Below are positions 1 through 8,522 of a stretch of 29,313 nt of DNA, in pieces. Within the stretch, counting starts at the first letter, position 1; the number at the start of each line of letters is the position of its first letter. Origin of the DNA: a virus (lineage: Duplodnaviria > Heunggongvirae > Uroviricota > Caudoviricetes); the IMG/VR virus record IMGVR_UViG_3300045988_071311, positions 1 through 29,313 of that record; one strand, 5' to 3'. The position numbers were made by a program, and so were the translations under genes. The notes below the pieces were generated by a model. That model worked only from the letters and a program-made list of their open reading frames with translations, searched no databases and had not been told where the DNA came from.

Positions 1-181
1 CACGTCGCTTATCTTTTTTTTCACCAAGCCACGGCTTTTCAATTGTTTGGTCTTTTATATATCGCTCAAATGCCAGTGCTTCCCCTTTAGTTGCAAACAG
101 GCGGCGCACACGCCGCCCATCCCTACCGTTGGGGAAGACCTGAGCCTGCCACTTACCATTAGCGAGTTTTGTTACAGCCAC
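1..181 (-). CDS. int: Tyrosine integrase, N-terminal about 60 aa only (continues beyond window start)
   Basis: Not in the ORF track. Reverse-strand translation from a GTG at 181 gives MAVTKLANGKWQAQVFPNGRDGRRVRRLFATKGEALAFERYIKDQTIEKPWLGEKKDKRR, which closely resembles my recollection of the P2 Int N-terminus (MAIKKLDDGRYEVDIRPTGRNGKRIRRKF...AVAFEKY). Putative SD aaagg sits 8 nt upstream. Confidence 0.65.
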   Translation of the reverse strand, partial: MAVTKLANGKWQAQVFPNGRDGRRVRRLFATKGEALAFERYIKDQTIEKPWLGEKKDKRR

Positions 182-186
182 GTTTT

Positions 187-735
187 TTACCTTTGCGTGA
201 TTAACTCTTTAGCAAATATTGATAAACCGGGCTTACCTTCTTCAAGGTAACAGCACTTTTCAAATGCTGTGCTCCATTCACCATTGGCGGACATTAACTG
301 GTCTTCATTCAATATATTGCTGTGTTTGCGGAGTAAATTCATTGCCTGCTTTTTTGTAATGCTAAAATCATATTTATCTTGCGTCATATACTCCACCTTT
401 CGAGGTTGGGGAGTAATTGAAATTGGTAATACTGTGACTTTAACCCTGTCTGAAGGTGTTTGGTACAAAGTACGATATGCGGCGTAAATGGCTGCCTTGT
501 CTGATTCGTACTTAATATCTTTCGTTGAACTCCCTGATAAAGTGCGCGGTGAGATTTGGATGTGTAAAGGCTTTTCAGACAAAATTTTGAAAGATGGAAA
601 ATCCTTACCGTCTACGGTATAAGTTGGATAATCATTATAGTTTTCCATCAAGTCATTAATGTTTTTGAATTGTTCAGGTGCTGCAATTGCAGCAAATGAT
701 GACAAAATTAAAGCGCCTGTGACTAAAACTCTCAT
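187..735 (-). CDS. Secreted/periplasmic protein of unknown function (moron between cI and int)
   Basis: 182-aa ORF with ATG start and SD AGGAG 5 nt upstream. N-terminal signal peptide MRVLVTGALILSSFAAIAAP with no lipobox cysteine. Visibly AT-rich compared with flanking phage genes. Its TAA stop is 5 nt from the int GTG start. Confidence 0.7.
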   Translation of the reverse strand: MRVLVTGALILSSFAAIAAPEQFKNINDLMENYNDYPTYTVDGKDFPSFKILSEKPLHIQISPRTLSGSSTKDIKYESDKAAIYAAYRTLYQTPSDRVKVTVLPISITPQPRKVEYMTQDKYDFSITKKQAMNLLRKHSNILNEDQLMSANGEWSTAFEKCCYLEEGKPGLSIFAKELITQR

Positions 736-759
736 TTATTCTCCTTACGATATTTAATA

Positions 760-1374
760 TCAGTCCACGTTATCTATTTTGCTTGCCACTTTCCCTAAAA
801 CTTTTACATCAGAGGCCGCACATTCAAATGATGCTGGTCCGTTTTCGACACGAACTCGCCCGCCAGGCAGACGGTAAACCTGTCTGATGCTCGCAAAACC
901 ATCTATCTCAATCAGCCAGGTGCCGTCGTTGATCTCGCCTTTATATTCACTGACGAGATACGTCGTCGATTCAAATTTGACGAGAAACGGATCTGTGGTG
1001 TTTTGAGGTATTAGGCGTAGGTCATAACGAATCAAGGTTACGTTGTTTAAAATCCCATTTGTGATTTCATTTAATTGCAAAGTCAATCCGTGATCTTCAT
1101 TTGGCATGGCTTCTGGGGTGCCCTTACCAGTAGTTAGCCAAATCAAGGGTATACCTGTGTCCAGATGGCAGGCTATAAGCCAGTCATATGGAAAAGTGTC
1201 ACGCATCCAGCGGTTAGCCATTGTGCTTTGAGATACGCCGAGATGATCACATAGAGCTTGCCTTGTGCTAAATCCATAAGCCTGCAGAATGCGTGTTATG
1301 GCCTCTCTCCCCCCACTTTGAGATGGAAAATTGAATTTTGAAATTTCATTGAGGGTTTTTTTTGTGTTTGACAT
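760..1374 (-). CDS. cI: 186-type CI-like immunity repressor
   Basis: 204 aa, divergent from the early operon. N-terminal HTH-like segment (AYGFSTRQALCDHLGVSQSTMANRW) resembles my recollection of the phage 186 CI N-terminal domain. Length fits 186 CI (about 190 aa), not P2 C (99 aa). Confidence 0.7.
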   Translation of the reverse strand: MSNTKKTLNEISKFNFPSQSGGREAITRILQAYGFSTRQALCDHLGVSQSTMANRWMRDTFPYDWLIACHLDTGIPLIWLTTGKGTPEAMPNEDHGLTLQLNEITNGILNNVTLIRYDLRLIPQNTTDPFLVKFESTTYLVSEYKGEINDGTWLIEIDGFASIRQVYRLPGGRVRVENGPASFECAASDVKVLGKVASKIDNVD

Positions 1375-1474
1375 ATCTCAATTGTGATCCTATTATCGAT
1401 TTTGTGGTGTTCGGTATATGTGCGAATACATCCGAATAGTGAATTTTTAAACACAAACTGAGGAATAGTGCATC
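1375..1474. promoter_or_regulatory. Immunity switch region (expected lytic and lysogenic promoters and operators)
   Basis: 100-bp AT-rich intergenic region between divergent cI and apl/cox-like genes. Contains a CGAATA direct repeat spaced 10 bp apart (cgaatacatccgaatagtg). Individual promoter elements not confidently assigned. Confidence 0.4.
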
Positions 1475-1711
1475 ATGAAAAGTAATTTTTCAATGCGCCC
1501 CAGCATCAATCTTGTGATATCTGAGCCATTCATCACACTGGATGAGTTCTGTCGCCGTACTGGTTACAAGCCTAGCTATGCCCGTCAAATGATCCGGGAA
1601 AACCGTCTGCCCATCAGGAAAAAAGCCGGAGTTAACAGCCTTATCGAAATCAACATGTTCGCGTTGACGATGGAAGCGGCCCAAGGCTGCGAAGTCGCAA
1701 TGCAAGCCTGA
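1475..1711 (+). CDS. Apl/Cox-like excisionase and transcriptional regulator
   Basis: 78-aa first gene of the rightward early operon, directly opposite cI; SD gagga upstream of the ATG. Size and position match Apl (186) or Cox (P2). Confidence 0.6.
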   Translation: MKSNFSMRPSINLVISEPFITLDEFCRRTGYKPSYARQMIRENRLPIRKKAGVNSLIEINMFALTMEAAQGCEVAMQA

Positions 1712-1745
1712 TAGTTCCATTTTGGGATAGAAAAGGGTTTACATC

Positions 1746-2255
1746 ATGTTTGATTATCGTGTTTCCAAACATCCGCATTTTGATGAAGCCTGCCGGGCTT
1801 TCGCACTGCGTCACAACATGGCGAAGCTGGCAGCACGCGCGGGAATGAACGTCCAGACGCTGCGTAACAAGTTGAACCCGGAACAATCGCATCAGCTCAC
1901 GCCGTCAGAAATCTGGCTGCTTACCGATCTGACTGAAGATTCAACGCTGGTAGATGGTTTTCTGGCGCAGATTCACTGCCTGCCATGTGTACCGATTAAT
2001 GAGGTAGCAAAAGAGAAACTGCCGCATTACGTCATGAGTGCAACCGCAGAGATCGGGCGTGTTGCTGCAGGTGCGGTATCTGGCGATGTAAAAACCAGTG
2101 CAGGCCGTCGTGATGCGATCAGCAGCATTAACTCTGTTACACGACTGATGGCACTGGCTGCTGTTTCATTGCAGGCCCGTTTACAGGCTAATCCTGCGAT
2201 GGCGAGTGCAGTTGATACCGTGACTGGCCTCGGTGCTTCATTTGGTTTGCTGTGA
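1746..2255 (+). CDS. cII: CII-like lysogeny establishment activator (186 type)
   Basis: 169 aa, the same length as 186 CII. N-terminus MFDYRVSKHPHFDEACRAFALRHNMAKLAARAGMNVQTLRNKLNPEQ resembles my recollection of 186 CII. Confidence 0.7.
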   Translation: MFDYRVSKHPHFDEACRAFALRHNMAKLAARAGMNVQTLRNKLNPEQSHQLTPSEIWLLTDLTEDSTLVDGFLAQIHCLPCVPINEVAKEKLPHYVMSATAEIGRVAAGAVSGDVKTSAGRRDAISSINSVTRLMALAAVSLQARLQANPAMASAVDTVTGLGASFGLL

Positions 2256-2262
2256 GGTGCTT

Positions 2263-2463
2263 ATGCTAACGAAAGAACCATCATTTGCATCGCTGCTGGT
2301 AAAACAAAGCCCGGCAATGCATTACGGTCACGGCTGGATCATGGGGGAGGATGGTAAACGCTGGCATCCATGTCATTCACAAGATGAATTGCTGGCAGAA
2401 ATATCAACGAAAAAACGGGGGAACAAATGGCTATTGAAGGCGCTGCGGCGACTGTTCCATTAA
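2263..2463 (+). CDS. Hypothetical early protein (position of fil in 186)
   Basis: ORF-track ORF 2233..2463; internal ATG at 2263 is preferred because of SD gaggtg just upstream. Basic C-terminus. Function not recognised. Confidence 0.45.
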   Translation: MLTKEPSFASLLVKQSPAMHYGHGWIMGEDGKRWHPCHSQDELLAEISTKKRGNKWLLKALRRLFH

Positions 2464-2768
2464 GCCCCGGTGAACGCCTGAATGGACTTAATCATATCGC
2501 GGAGTTAAGGGCGAAAGTTTTTGGCCTTAATATTGAGTCAGAGCTTGAGCGGTTTATTAAAGATATGCGTGATCCACGGGATATTAATAATGAACAAAAT
2601 AAACGGGCACTGGCTGCCATATTCTTTATGGCAAAAATTCCAGCTGAACGTCATAGCATCAGCATTAATGAGCTGACCACTGACGAAAAGCGGGAGCTGA
2701 TTAAAGCAATGAATCATTTTCGTGCAGTGGTGAGCTTATTTCCCAGACGGCTAACCATGCCGAATTAA
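2427..2768 (+). CDS. Hypothetical early protein
   Basis: 113-aa ORF in the early operon with SD ggggga upstream. No recognisable motif. Confidence 0.5.
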   Translation: MAIEGAAATVPLSPGERLNGLNHIAELRAKVFGLNIESELERFIKDMRDPRDINNEQNKRALAAIFFMAKIPAERHSISINELTTDEKRELIKAMNHFRAVVSLFPRRLTMPN

Positions 2769-2835
2769 CCAATTAATGAAATTCATGGCGTAAACCCGCC
2801 GGGCATCCCTTTATCTAAATTCAGGAGAATTGATT

Positions 2836-3069
2836 ATGCGTAATATTGAAACCCACACCACTAAAACCGGACCGGATGACGCAGGGCTTAATATTTTACT
2901 GACAGAGGTTCGTCTGGAAGAACGCCGGGCAAGGGCTGAGGCAATGGCTGCCCGCCTTGATAGTCTGGCGTGTCATATCACATCCCGCCAGCTAAACCAC
3001 GTCGAAGCAGCAGAACTGCTGCGTGTGACCGCTGAAGCAATCCAGAACGAAGCGCAGGAGATCCACTAA
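2836..3069 (+). CDS. Hypothetical early protein
   Basis: ORF-track start at 2830 is a TTG; ATG at 2836 has SD aggag 7 nt upstream. Stop overlaps the start of the next gene. Confidence 0.5.
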   Translation: MRNIETHTTKTGPDDAGLNILLTEVRLEERRARAEAMAARLDSLACHITSRQLNHVEAAELLRVTAEAIQNEAQEIH

Positions 3070-3296
3070 TGGCTGATGCAATGGATCTCGTACAGCAGCG
3101 CGTTGAAGAAGAACGCCAGCGCCACATCCGTGCTGCCCGTGCCAAAACGCCGGGCGTGTCCCGCGTGCTTTGCATTGAGTGTGAAGCGCCAATTCCGCCA
3201 GCACGCCGCCGCGCCATTCCGGGAGTGCAGCTTTGCATTACCTGTCAGGAAATAGCAGAGCTGAAAGGTAAACATTACAACGGAGGTGCTGTATGA
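3069..3296 (+). CDS. TraR/DksA-family C4 zinc-finger protein
   Basis: 75 aa with CIECEAPIPPARRRAIPGVQLCITCQ, a CxxC-N17-CxxC motif typical of the TraR/DksA family, which is found upstream of gene A in P2-like phages. Confidence 0.75.
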   Translation: MADAMDLVQQRVEEERQRHIRAARAKTPGVSRVLCIECEAPIPPARRRAIPGVQLCITCQEIAELKGKHYNGGAV

Positions 3297-4150
3297 GCAC
3301 CATCCTGAAATGGGCGGGTAATAAAACTGCCATTATGTCCGAACTGAAAAAATACCTTCCTGCTGGCCCGCGACTGGTTGAACCTTTCGCGGGTTCCTGT
3401 GCAGTGATGATGGAGACGGATTATCCCAGCTATCTGATTGCGGATATTAATCCTGATTTAATCAACCTCTATAAAAAGATTGCCGCTGATTGTGAATCGT
3501 TTATATCTCGCGCCAGAGTTTTATTTGAGAACGCAAACAGGGAGATGGATTATTACAACATAAGGCAGGAGTTTAATTACTCAACTGAAATTACTGATTT
3601 CATGAAAGCGGTATATTTCCTGTATCTCAATCGCCACGGTTACCGTGGGTTATGTCGCTATAACAAGAGCGGGCATTTCAACATTCCCTACGGTAATTAT
3701 AAAAATCCGTATTTTCCTGAAAAAGAAATGCGTGCATTTGCAGTAAAAGCCCAGCGGGCAACGTTTATCTGCGCCAGCTTCGATGAAACGCTGGCGATGT
3801 TGCACGCGGGGGATGTTGTGTATTGCGATCCGCCTTATGACGGTACGTTTTCCGGCTATCACACTGATGGCTTCACTGAAGATGATCAGTATCACCTGGC
3901 ATCCGTTCTTGAACATCGATCATCTGAAGGTCATCCGGTCATTGTTTCTAACAGTGACACATCCCTGATCCGTTCGCTGTATCGCAATTTCACTCACCAC
4001 TACATCAAGGCAAAACGCAGCATCGGCGTGTCGGCTGGCGAGAGTAAATCTGCAACAGAAATCATTGCTGTTTCTGGGGCGCGCTGCTGGGTGGGATTTG
4101 ATCCTTCGCGTGGCGTGGATAGTTCTGCTGTGTACGAGGTGCGTGTATGA
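3293..4150 (+). CDS. dam: DNA adenine methyltransferase (Dam family, probably GATC-specific)
   Basis: 285 aa. N-terminus LKWAGNK...[11 protein letters not shown] and catalytic motif VVYCDPPY are colinear with E. coli Dam as I recall it (FLKWAGGK...LVEPFVGAGSV...VVYCDPPY). Confidence 0.9.
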   Translation: MSTILKWAGNKTAIMSELKKYLPAGPRLVEPFAGSCAVMMETDYPSYLIADINPDLINLYKKIAADCESFISRARVLFENANREMDYYNIRQEFNYSTEITDFMKAVYFLYLNRHGYRGLCRYNKSGHFNIPYGNYKNPYFPEKEMRAFAVKAQRATFICASFDETLAMLHAGDVVYCDPPYDGTFSGYHTDGFTEDDQYHLASVLEHRSSEGHPVIVSNSDTSLIRSLYRNFTHHYIKAKRSIGVSAGESKSATEIIAVSGARCWVGFDPSRGVDSSAVYEVRV

Positions 4151-6561
4151 GTCATGACGATATGAGCAACTCTAGCGGCTTTAACGAGGCCGCTGCATCA
4201 TTTTCATGGAACGGCCCGAAAAAGGCCATTAACCCTTATCTGGATCCGGCGGAAGTTGCGCCGGAGTCTGCACTTTCAAACCTGATCACTCTGTACGCTG
4301 CCGATAACGAACAGGAACAACTGCGCCGCGAGGCACTGAGTGAGCAGGTCTGGGAGCGTTATTTCTTTAATGAATCCCGTGATCCTGTCCAGCGCGAAAT
4401 GGAGCAGGATAAGCTCATTAGCCGGGCAAAGCTGGCGCATGAGCAGCAGCGTTTTAATCCAGACATGGTCATTCTGGCGGACGTAAACGCCCAGCCTTCC
4501 CATATCAGCAAGCCGCTGATGCAACGTATTGAATACTTCAGCAGCCTGGGCAGGCCAAAGGCTTATTCCCGCTATTTGCGTGAGACGATTAAGCCATGTC
4601 TGGAACGACTGGAGCATGTACGCGACAGTCAGCTATCCACTTCTTTTCGCTTTATGGCAAGCCATGAAGGGCTGGACGGCCTGCTGATCCTGCCTGAAAT
4701 GAGTCAGGATCAGGTGAAACGCCTGTCTACTCTTGTCGCTGCGCATATGAACATGTGTCTTGATGCCGCTTGTGGTGATTTGTACGCCACCGATGATGTT
4801 AAGCCAGAAGAAATCCGCAAGACATGGGAAAAGGTGGCAGCGGAAACCCTGCGTCTGGATGTCATCCCACCTGCGTTTGAGCAACTCCGCTGGAAAAGAA
4901 ACCGCCGTAAACCCGTGCCCTATGAACTCATTCCGGGTTCGCTGGCGCGTATGTTGTGCGCCGACTGGTGGTATCGGAAATTATGGAAGATGCGTTGCGA
5001 ATGGCGGGAAGAGCAGTTGCGCGCTGTCTGCCTGGTTAGCAAAAAAGCATCTCCTTATGTCAGCTATGAAGCCGTGATGCATAAACGTGAGCAGCGCCGT
5101 AAGTCGCTGGAGTTTTTCCGTTCTCATGAACTGGTGAACGAAGACGGCGACACGCTGGACATGGAGGATGTGGTAAACGCCAGCAGCAGCAACCCTGCGC
5201 ATCGCCGCAATGAGATGATGGCCTGTGTTAAAGGTCTGGAGCTTATCGCGGAAATGCGCGGTGACTGCGCCGTTTTCTACACCATCACCTGTCCGTCACG
5301 TTTCCATTCCACGCTAAATAACGGCAGGCCCAACCCAACCTGGACAAATGCGACGGTAAGACAAAGTAGTGATTATCTGGTCGGCATGTTTGCTGCATTT
5401 CGTAAGGCGATGCACAAAGCCGGATTGCGCTGGTATGGCGTGCGGGTGGCTGAGCCGCATCATGACGGTACAGTTCACTGGCACCTGTTGTGTTTTATGC
5501 GCAAAAAAGACCGCCGCGCCATCACTGCATTACTGCGTAAGTTTGCCATCCGTGAAGACCGCGAGGAGCTGGGCAATAACACTGGGCCGCGCTTTAAGTC
5601 TGAGTTGATTAACCCGCGCAAAGGTACGCCAACAAGCTACATCGCGAAATACATCAGTAAGAACATTGACGGGCGTGGTCTGGCTGGCGAGATCAGTAAG
5701 GAAACGGGTAAATCCTTGCGTGATAACGCTGAATACGTTAATGCCTGGGCGTCTCTGCATCGTGTACAGCAATTCCGCTTCTTTGGTATTCCGGGACGTC
5801 AGGCTTACCGTGAACTTCGCTTGCTGGCTGGTCAGGCGGCAAGGCAACAGGGTGACAAAAAAGCAGGTGCGCCGGTACTGGATAACCCGCGTCTTGATGC
5901 CATTCTGGCTGCTGCTGATGCTGGTTGTTTTGCCACCTACATCATGAAGCAGGGCGGCGTACTGGTTCCCCGTAAATATCACCTCATCAGAACCGCTTAT
6001 GAAATCAACGAAGAGCCGACCGCCTATGGCGATCACGGTATTCGTATTTATGGCATCTGGTCACCCATTGCAGAGGGCAAGATCTGCACTCATGCAGTGA
6101 AGTGGAAAATGGTTCGTAAAGCCGTTGACGTTCAGGAGGCGGCAGCCGACCAGGGCGCTTGCGCCCCTTGGACTCGTGGCAATAACTGTCCCCTTGCTGA
6201 AAATTTGAACCAACAGGAGAAAGATAAATCAGCAGATGGGGATACCAGAACTGATATTACCTGCATGGATGACAAGGAATTGCACGATTACCTGCATAGT
6301 ATGAGCAAAAAAGAGCGCCGGGAACTGGCAGCAAGGTTACGCCTGGTTAAACCGATACGGCGTAAAGACTACAAACAGCGAATTACAGACCATCAACGAC
6401 TGCAGCTCGTCTATGAGCTGAAGTCCAGAGGATTTGATGGCAGCGAGAAAGAGGTCGATTTACTGCTTCACGGCGGCAGTATTCCGTCAGGAGCAGGCCT
6501 GCGTATCTTCTATCGGAACCAGCGTTTGCAGGAAGATGATAAGTGGCGGGATCTGTATTAA
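4147..6561 (+). CDS. A: Replication initiation endonuclease A (rolling-circle, HUH superfamily)
   Basis: 804 aa. HUH motif GTVHWHLL and tyrosine motif YIAKYISKN present. Position after the early genes, as for P2 gpA. Start overlaps the dam stop (ATGA). Confidence 0.9.
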   Translation: MSHDDMSNSSGFNEAAASFSWNGPKKAINPYLDPAEVAPESALSNLITLYAADNEQEQLRREALSEQVWERYFFNESRDPVQREMEQDKLISRAKLAHEQQRFNPDMVILADVNAQPSHISKPLMQRIEYFSSLGRPKAYSRYLRETIKPCLERLEHVRDSQLSTSFRFMASHEGLDGLLILPEMSQDQVKRLSTLVAAHMNMCLDAACGDLYATDDVKPEEIRKTWEKVAAETLRLDVIPPAFEQLRWKRNRRKPVPYELIPGSLARMLCADWWYRKLWKMRCEWREEQLRAVCLVSKKASPYVSYEAVMHKREQRRKSLEFFRSHELVNEDGDTLDMEDVVNASSSNPAHRRNEMMACVKGLELIAEMRGDCAVFYTITCPSRFHSTLNNGRPNPTWTNATVRQSSDYLVGMFAAFRKAMHKAGLRWYGVRVAEPHHDGTVHWHLLCFMRKKDRRAITALLRKFAIREDREELGNNTGPRFKSELINPRKGTPTSYIAKYISKNIDGRGLAGEISKETGKSLRDNAEYVNAWASLHRVQQFRFFGIPGRQAYRELRLLAGQAARQQGDKKAGAPVLDNPRLDAILAAADAGCFATYIMKQGGVLVPRKYHLIRTAYEINEEPTAYGDHGIRIYGIWSPIAEGKICTHAVKWKMVRKAVDVQEAAADQGACAPWTRGNNCPLAENLNQQEKDKSADGDTRTDITCMDDKELHDYLHSMSKKERRELAARLRLVKPIRRKDYKQRITDHQRLQLVYELKSRGFDGSEKEVDLLLHGGSIPSGAGLRIFYRNQRLQEDDKWRDLY

Positions 6562-6629
6562 TTACGCGGGTTAACAATTCGTGCTCTTAATAATACCAGG
6601 TATATCAGGCTGATGATCGTAAAAAAACG

Positions 6630-6657
6630 TTTTACATCAGTAAGATTATTATATACT
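6630..6657 (+). promoter_or_regulatory. Candidate sigma70 promoter (TTTTAC-16 bp-TATACT) overlapping a LexA box
   Basis: -35-like ttttac at 6630..6635 and -10-like tatact at 6652..6657, directly upstream of the 6714 ORF. Confidence 0.45.
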
Positions 6658-6673
6658 GTAAATATAAACAGTG
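6654..6673. promoter_or_regulatory. LexA box (SOS operator)
   Basis: tactgtaaatataaacagtg fits the CTGT-N8-ACAG core and matches the consensus TACTGTATATATATACAGTA at about 17 of 20 positions; it overlaps the -10 element. Confidence 0.75.
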
Positions 6674-6713
6674 GTTATGTATACAGTATTGCTTTGGTGT
6701 CATAGGAGGAAAG

Positions 6714-6902
6714 ATGCAGGACTATTTTTTGGAGTCTTTGAAGCTCCAGCGCATTGATTTTTTTCTTAAGCTTGTAGCGGCTAGTGAGTGTAGTGATGAA
6801 GAGAAGGGGCTGGCTTTGCAGTGGGTTTCTGAATTGACTGATGAACTCATGGCAAAAATCAGAAGCCACGAATACAACCGCTCAATGGATGTCATCAGCT
6901 GA
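6714..6902 (+). CDS. Small SOS-regulated protein, candidate Tum-like antirepressor (by position only)
   Basis: 62-aa ORF with SD aggagg 4 nt upstream of the ATG, immediately downstream of the LexA box and promoter. Confidence 0.5.
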   Translation: MQDYFLESLKLQRIDFFLKLVAASECSDEEKGLALQWVSELTDELMAKIRSHEYNRSMDVIS

Positions 6903-6912
6903 GGTGACTTTT

Positions 6913-7146
6913 ATGCGCATTGAAATAATGATCGATAAAGAGCAGAAGATTAGCCAGTCTACCCTGGACACCCTTGAATCCGAGCTTTACCGCAATCTGC
7001 GCCCCCTGTATCCCAAAACGGTAATTCGCATTCGCAAAGGTAGCTCTAACGGTGTGGAACTAACCGGACTGCAACTGGATGAAGAAAGAAAACAAGTGAT
7101 GAAAATTATGCAGAAGGTGTGGGAGGACGACAGCTGGCTGCATTAA
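6913..7146 (+). CDS. DinI-like protein
   Basis: 77 aa from ATG 6913, with SD gaggtg upstream. MRIEIMIDK...LESELYRNLRPLYP...WEDDSWL aligns with E. coli DinI (MRIEVTIAK...LAGELSRRIQYAFPD...WESADDW). The ORF-track version starting at 6841 is probably an over-extension. Confidence 0.8.
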   Translation: MRIEIMIDKEQKISQSTLDTLESELYRNLRPLYPKTVIRIRKGSSNGVELTGLQLDEERKQVMKIMQKVWEDDSWLH

Positions 7147-7276
7147 TGAACGTTGCTGGCGCCAGGACTTGATTCTGACGCCAGCGAGGTTGAACTACGA
7201 GCAGGGCGAGGCGCTAGCCAATGGTTGGTGAGGCATTAATTAATCATAGATTGAGAATGGTTTCTAATTTTAGATA

Positions 7277-8008
7277 TTAACTCATGAGAGAGAAATCTAA
7301 AGAATATTTAACAATGGACTTTTCTGCTTTATACCATTTAACATGTGACCATTCTTTTCCTGAAAGTAAAGAACGTATCTCTTCTTTACTTTCTTCACTG
7401 GTTCTCAAACCAAAAGCTATAGAGTTTATTGCTTTGGGCTCAAACTTTAATGCACCAGAATCTAACTTTATAAGTCTCCGCTCACGTTCATATCTCCAAC
7501 CGGAATATTTAGTTCCCAAGATTGAGTGAATTATATCACCAGCAATATTATGTAAGTTATTTTCGTTAGGGTGGTTCTCAAAAAAGTTGAGTCTGTCAAT
7601 GATGCCTTGATAAGGGTAGTTGCTTTGATACGTAATGTCTATGGCATGTATTTTTGAGCCTTCATATCTTAATTCCTTCTCTTTAAACCCAATGCAGAAC
7701 CCTCTATGTTCATCAGCGTAGTGGGACCACATTAATTGGTTCTTACGTGCCCGGCTTAAAGCGCAAACACCATATGTGCTTATTGACTCTTTTAGAGCTT
7801 CCTCAAATTTCAATTTCAAATCCAACGGTAGTTCTTTACGGGCCCATACTGCGGCTAAAACATCAGGAAAGGAAGTTTCAGCTTCGAAGGGGTCATTAAA
7901 GTTATCTGCAGTAGCGAACCATAATTCACGATTGCGAAGAACACGCAGTCCATCGTCTTTGCAGTTTCGATATTTAAATAAAATTCCATTTTTTACCGTG
8001 GTGTTCAT
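7277..8008 (-). CDS. Uncharacterised 243-aa cytoplasmic protein in the A-to-Q accessory hotspot; candidate anti-phage defence protein (possibly DUF2971-like)
   Basis: Long ORF on the strand opposite to all neighbours, strongly AT-rich by eye. No signal peptide or TM segment. Motifs LWFATADNFNDPFE and MWSHYADEHRGFCIGF resemble what I recall of the DUF2971 family; family call is tentative. Possible extended -10 (TGnTATAAA) around 8075..8080 on the minus strand. Confidence 0.75.
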   Translation of the reverse strand: MNTTVKNGILFKYRNCKDDGLRVLRNRELWFATADNFNDPFEAETSFPDVLAAVWARKELPLDLKLKFEEALKESISTYGVCALSRARKNQLMWSHYADEHRGFCIGFKEKELRYEGSKIHAIDITYQSNYPYQGIIDRLNFFENHPNENNLHNIAGDIIHSILGTKYSGWRYERERRLIKLDSGALKFEPKAINSIAFGLRTSEESKEEIRSLLSGKEWSHVKWYKAEKSIVKYSLDFSLMS

Positions 8009-8341
8009 TTTTGATTTATCCCCTTTTCAAACTGAATGAACATATTTTCTCATGCATCGAGAACTGGCACGGCATTTATACACCAAATGTGCAGCAGTCG
8101 CATTATGCCCGCAACAACAATTCTGTTATAGCCAATTTAGCTACAGTCTATAAAGTACACACTACATTAGTAAACTAAAAAGCTAGGACGTTAGACGGTT
8201 TTTGTTTTGGGGAGCACTGCATGTCTATGCCGCATGAATCCGCATGATCGTTTGAGGATCGTTTTTGCTGAGGCCCGCCAGAACTGGCGGGCTTTTGCTT
8301 ATGTCATGCAGGTGCATGAAAATCACTGCATAAAGCGGGCA

Positions 8342-8360
8342 GGCGTGGCGGGGATACGAG
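8342..8360. other. cos: Candidate cos site (cohesive-end sequence)
   Basis: ggcgtggcggggatacgag matches the first 13 nt of the 19-nt cohesive end I recall for 186 (GGCGTGGCGGGGAAAGCAT) and P2 (GGCGAGGCGGGGAAAGCAC). Located between the accessory island and portal gene Q, as in P2. Confidence 0.55.
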
Positions 8361-8522
8361 CGCGCGCAACGGGGTAAAATGGCCAAAATCCGGCACAGCC
8401 TCTGGCCCGCTGGCGGCCTCATTTAGTGGAGAGGGGGGAAGATGTCAGGGCAAAAAGAAACGCCCCGCAGAATGCTGCTGAGGCGTTGTGAGAGTTGGTC
8501 GGTTATTGATGTTATGAGTATG

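Noticed and set aside
47-250. 67-aa plus-strand ORF at the window start
   Set aside because: Lies antisense to the integrase N-terminus, which has strong homology support; no RBS.
6675-6690. Possible second LexA box (tatgtatacagta)
   Set aside because: Has the ACAG half-site but no CTGT half-site at the correct 8-bp spacing; only the 6654..6673 box fits the consensus.
6841-6912. N-terminal extension of the DinI-like ORF (ORF-track start at 6841)
   Set aside because: The DinI homology begins at MRIEIM (ATG 6913), which has a strong SD; the extension overlaps the upstream ORF and is probably not translated. Kept as a frameshift caveat in the findings.
7200-7220. Partial cos-like motif gggcgaggcg between the DinI-like gene and the hotspot gene
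   Set aside because: Only about 9 nt match the cohesive-end consensus, and it is on the wrong side of the accessory gene; the 8342..8360 site matches much better.
8225-8422. 65-aa minus-strand ORF overlapping the cos region
   Set aside because: No RBS; overlaps the putative cos site and terminator-like hairpins; likely non-coding.
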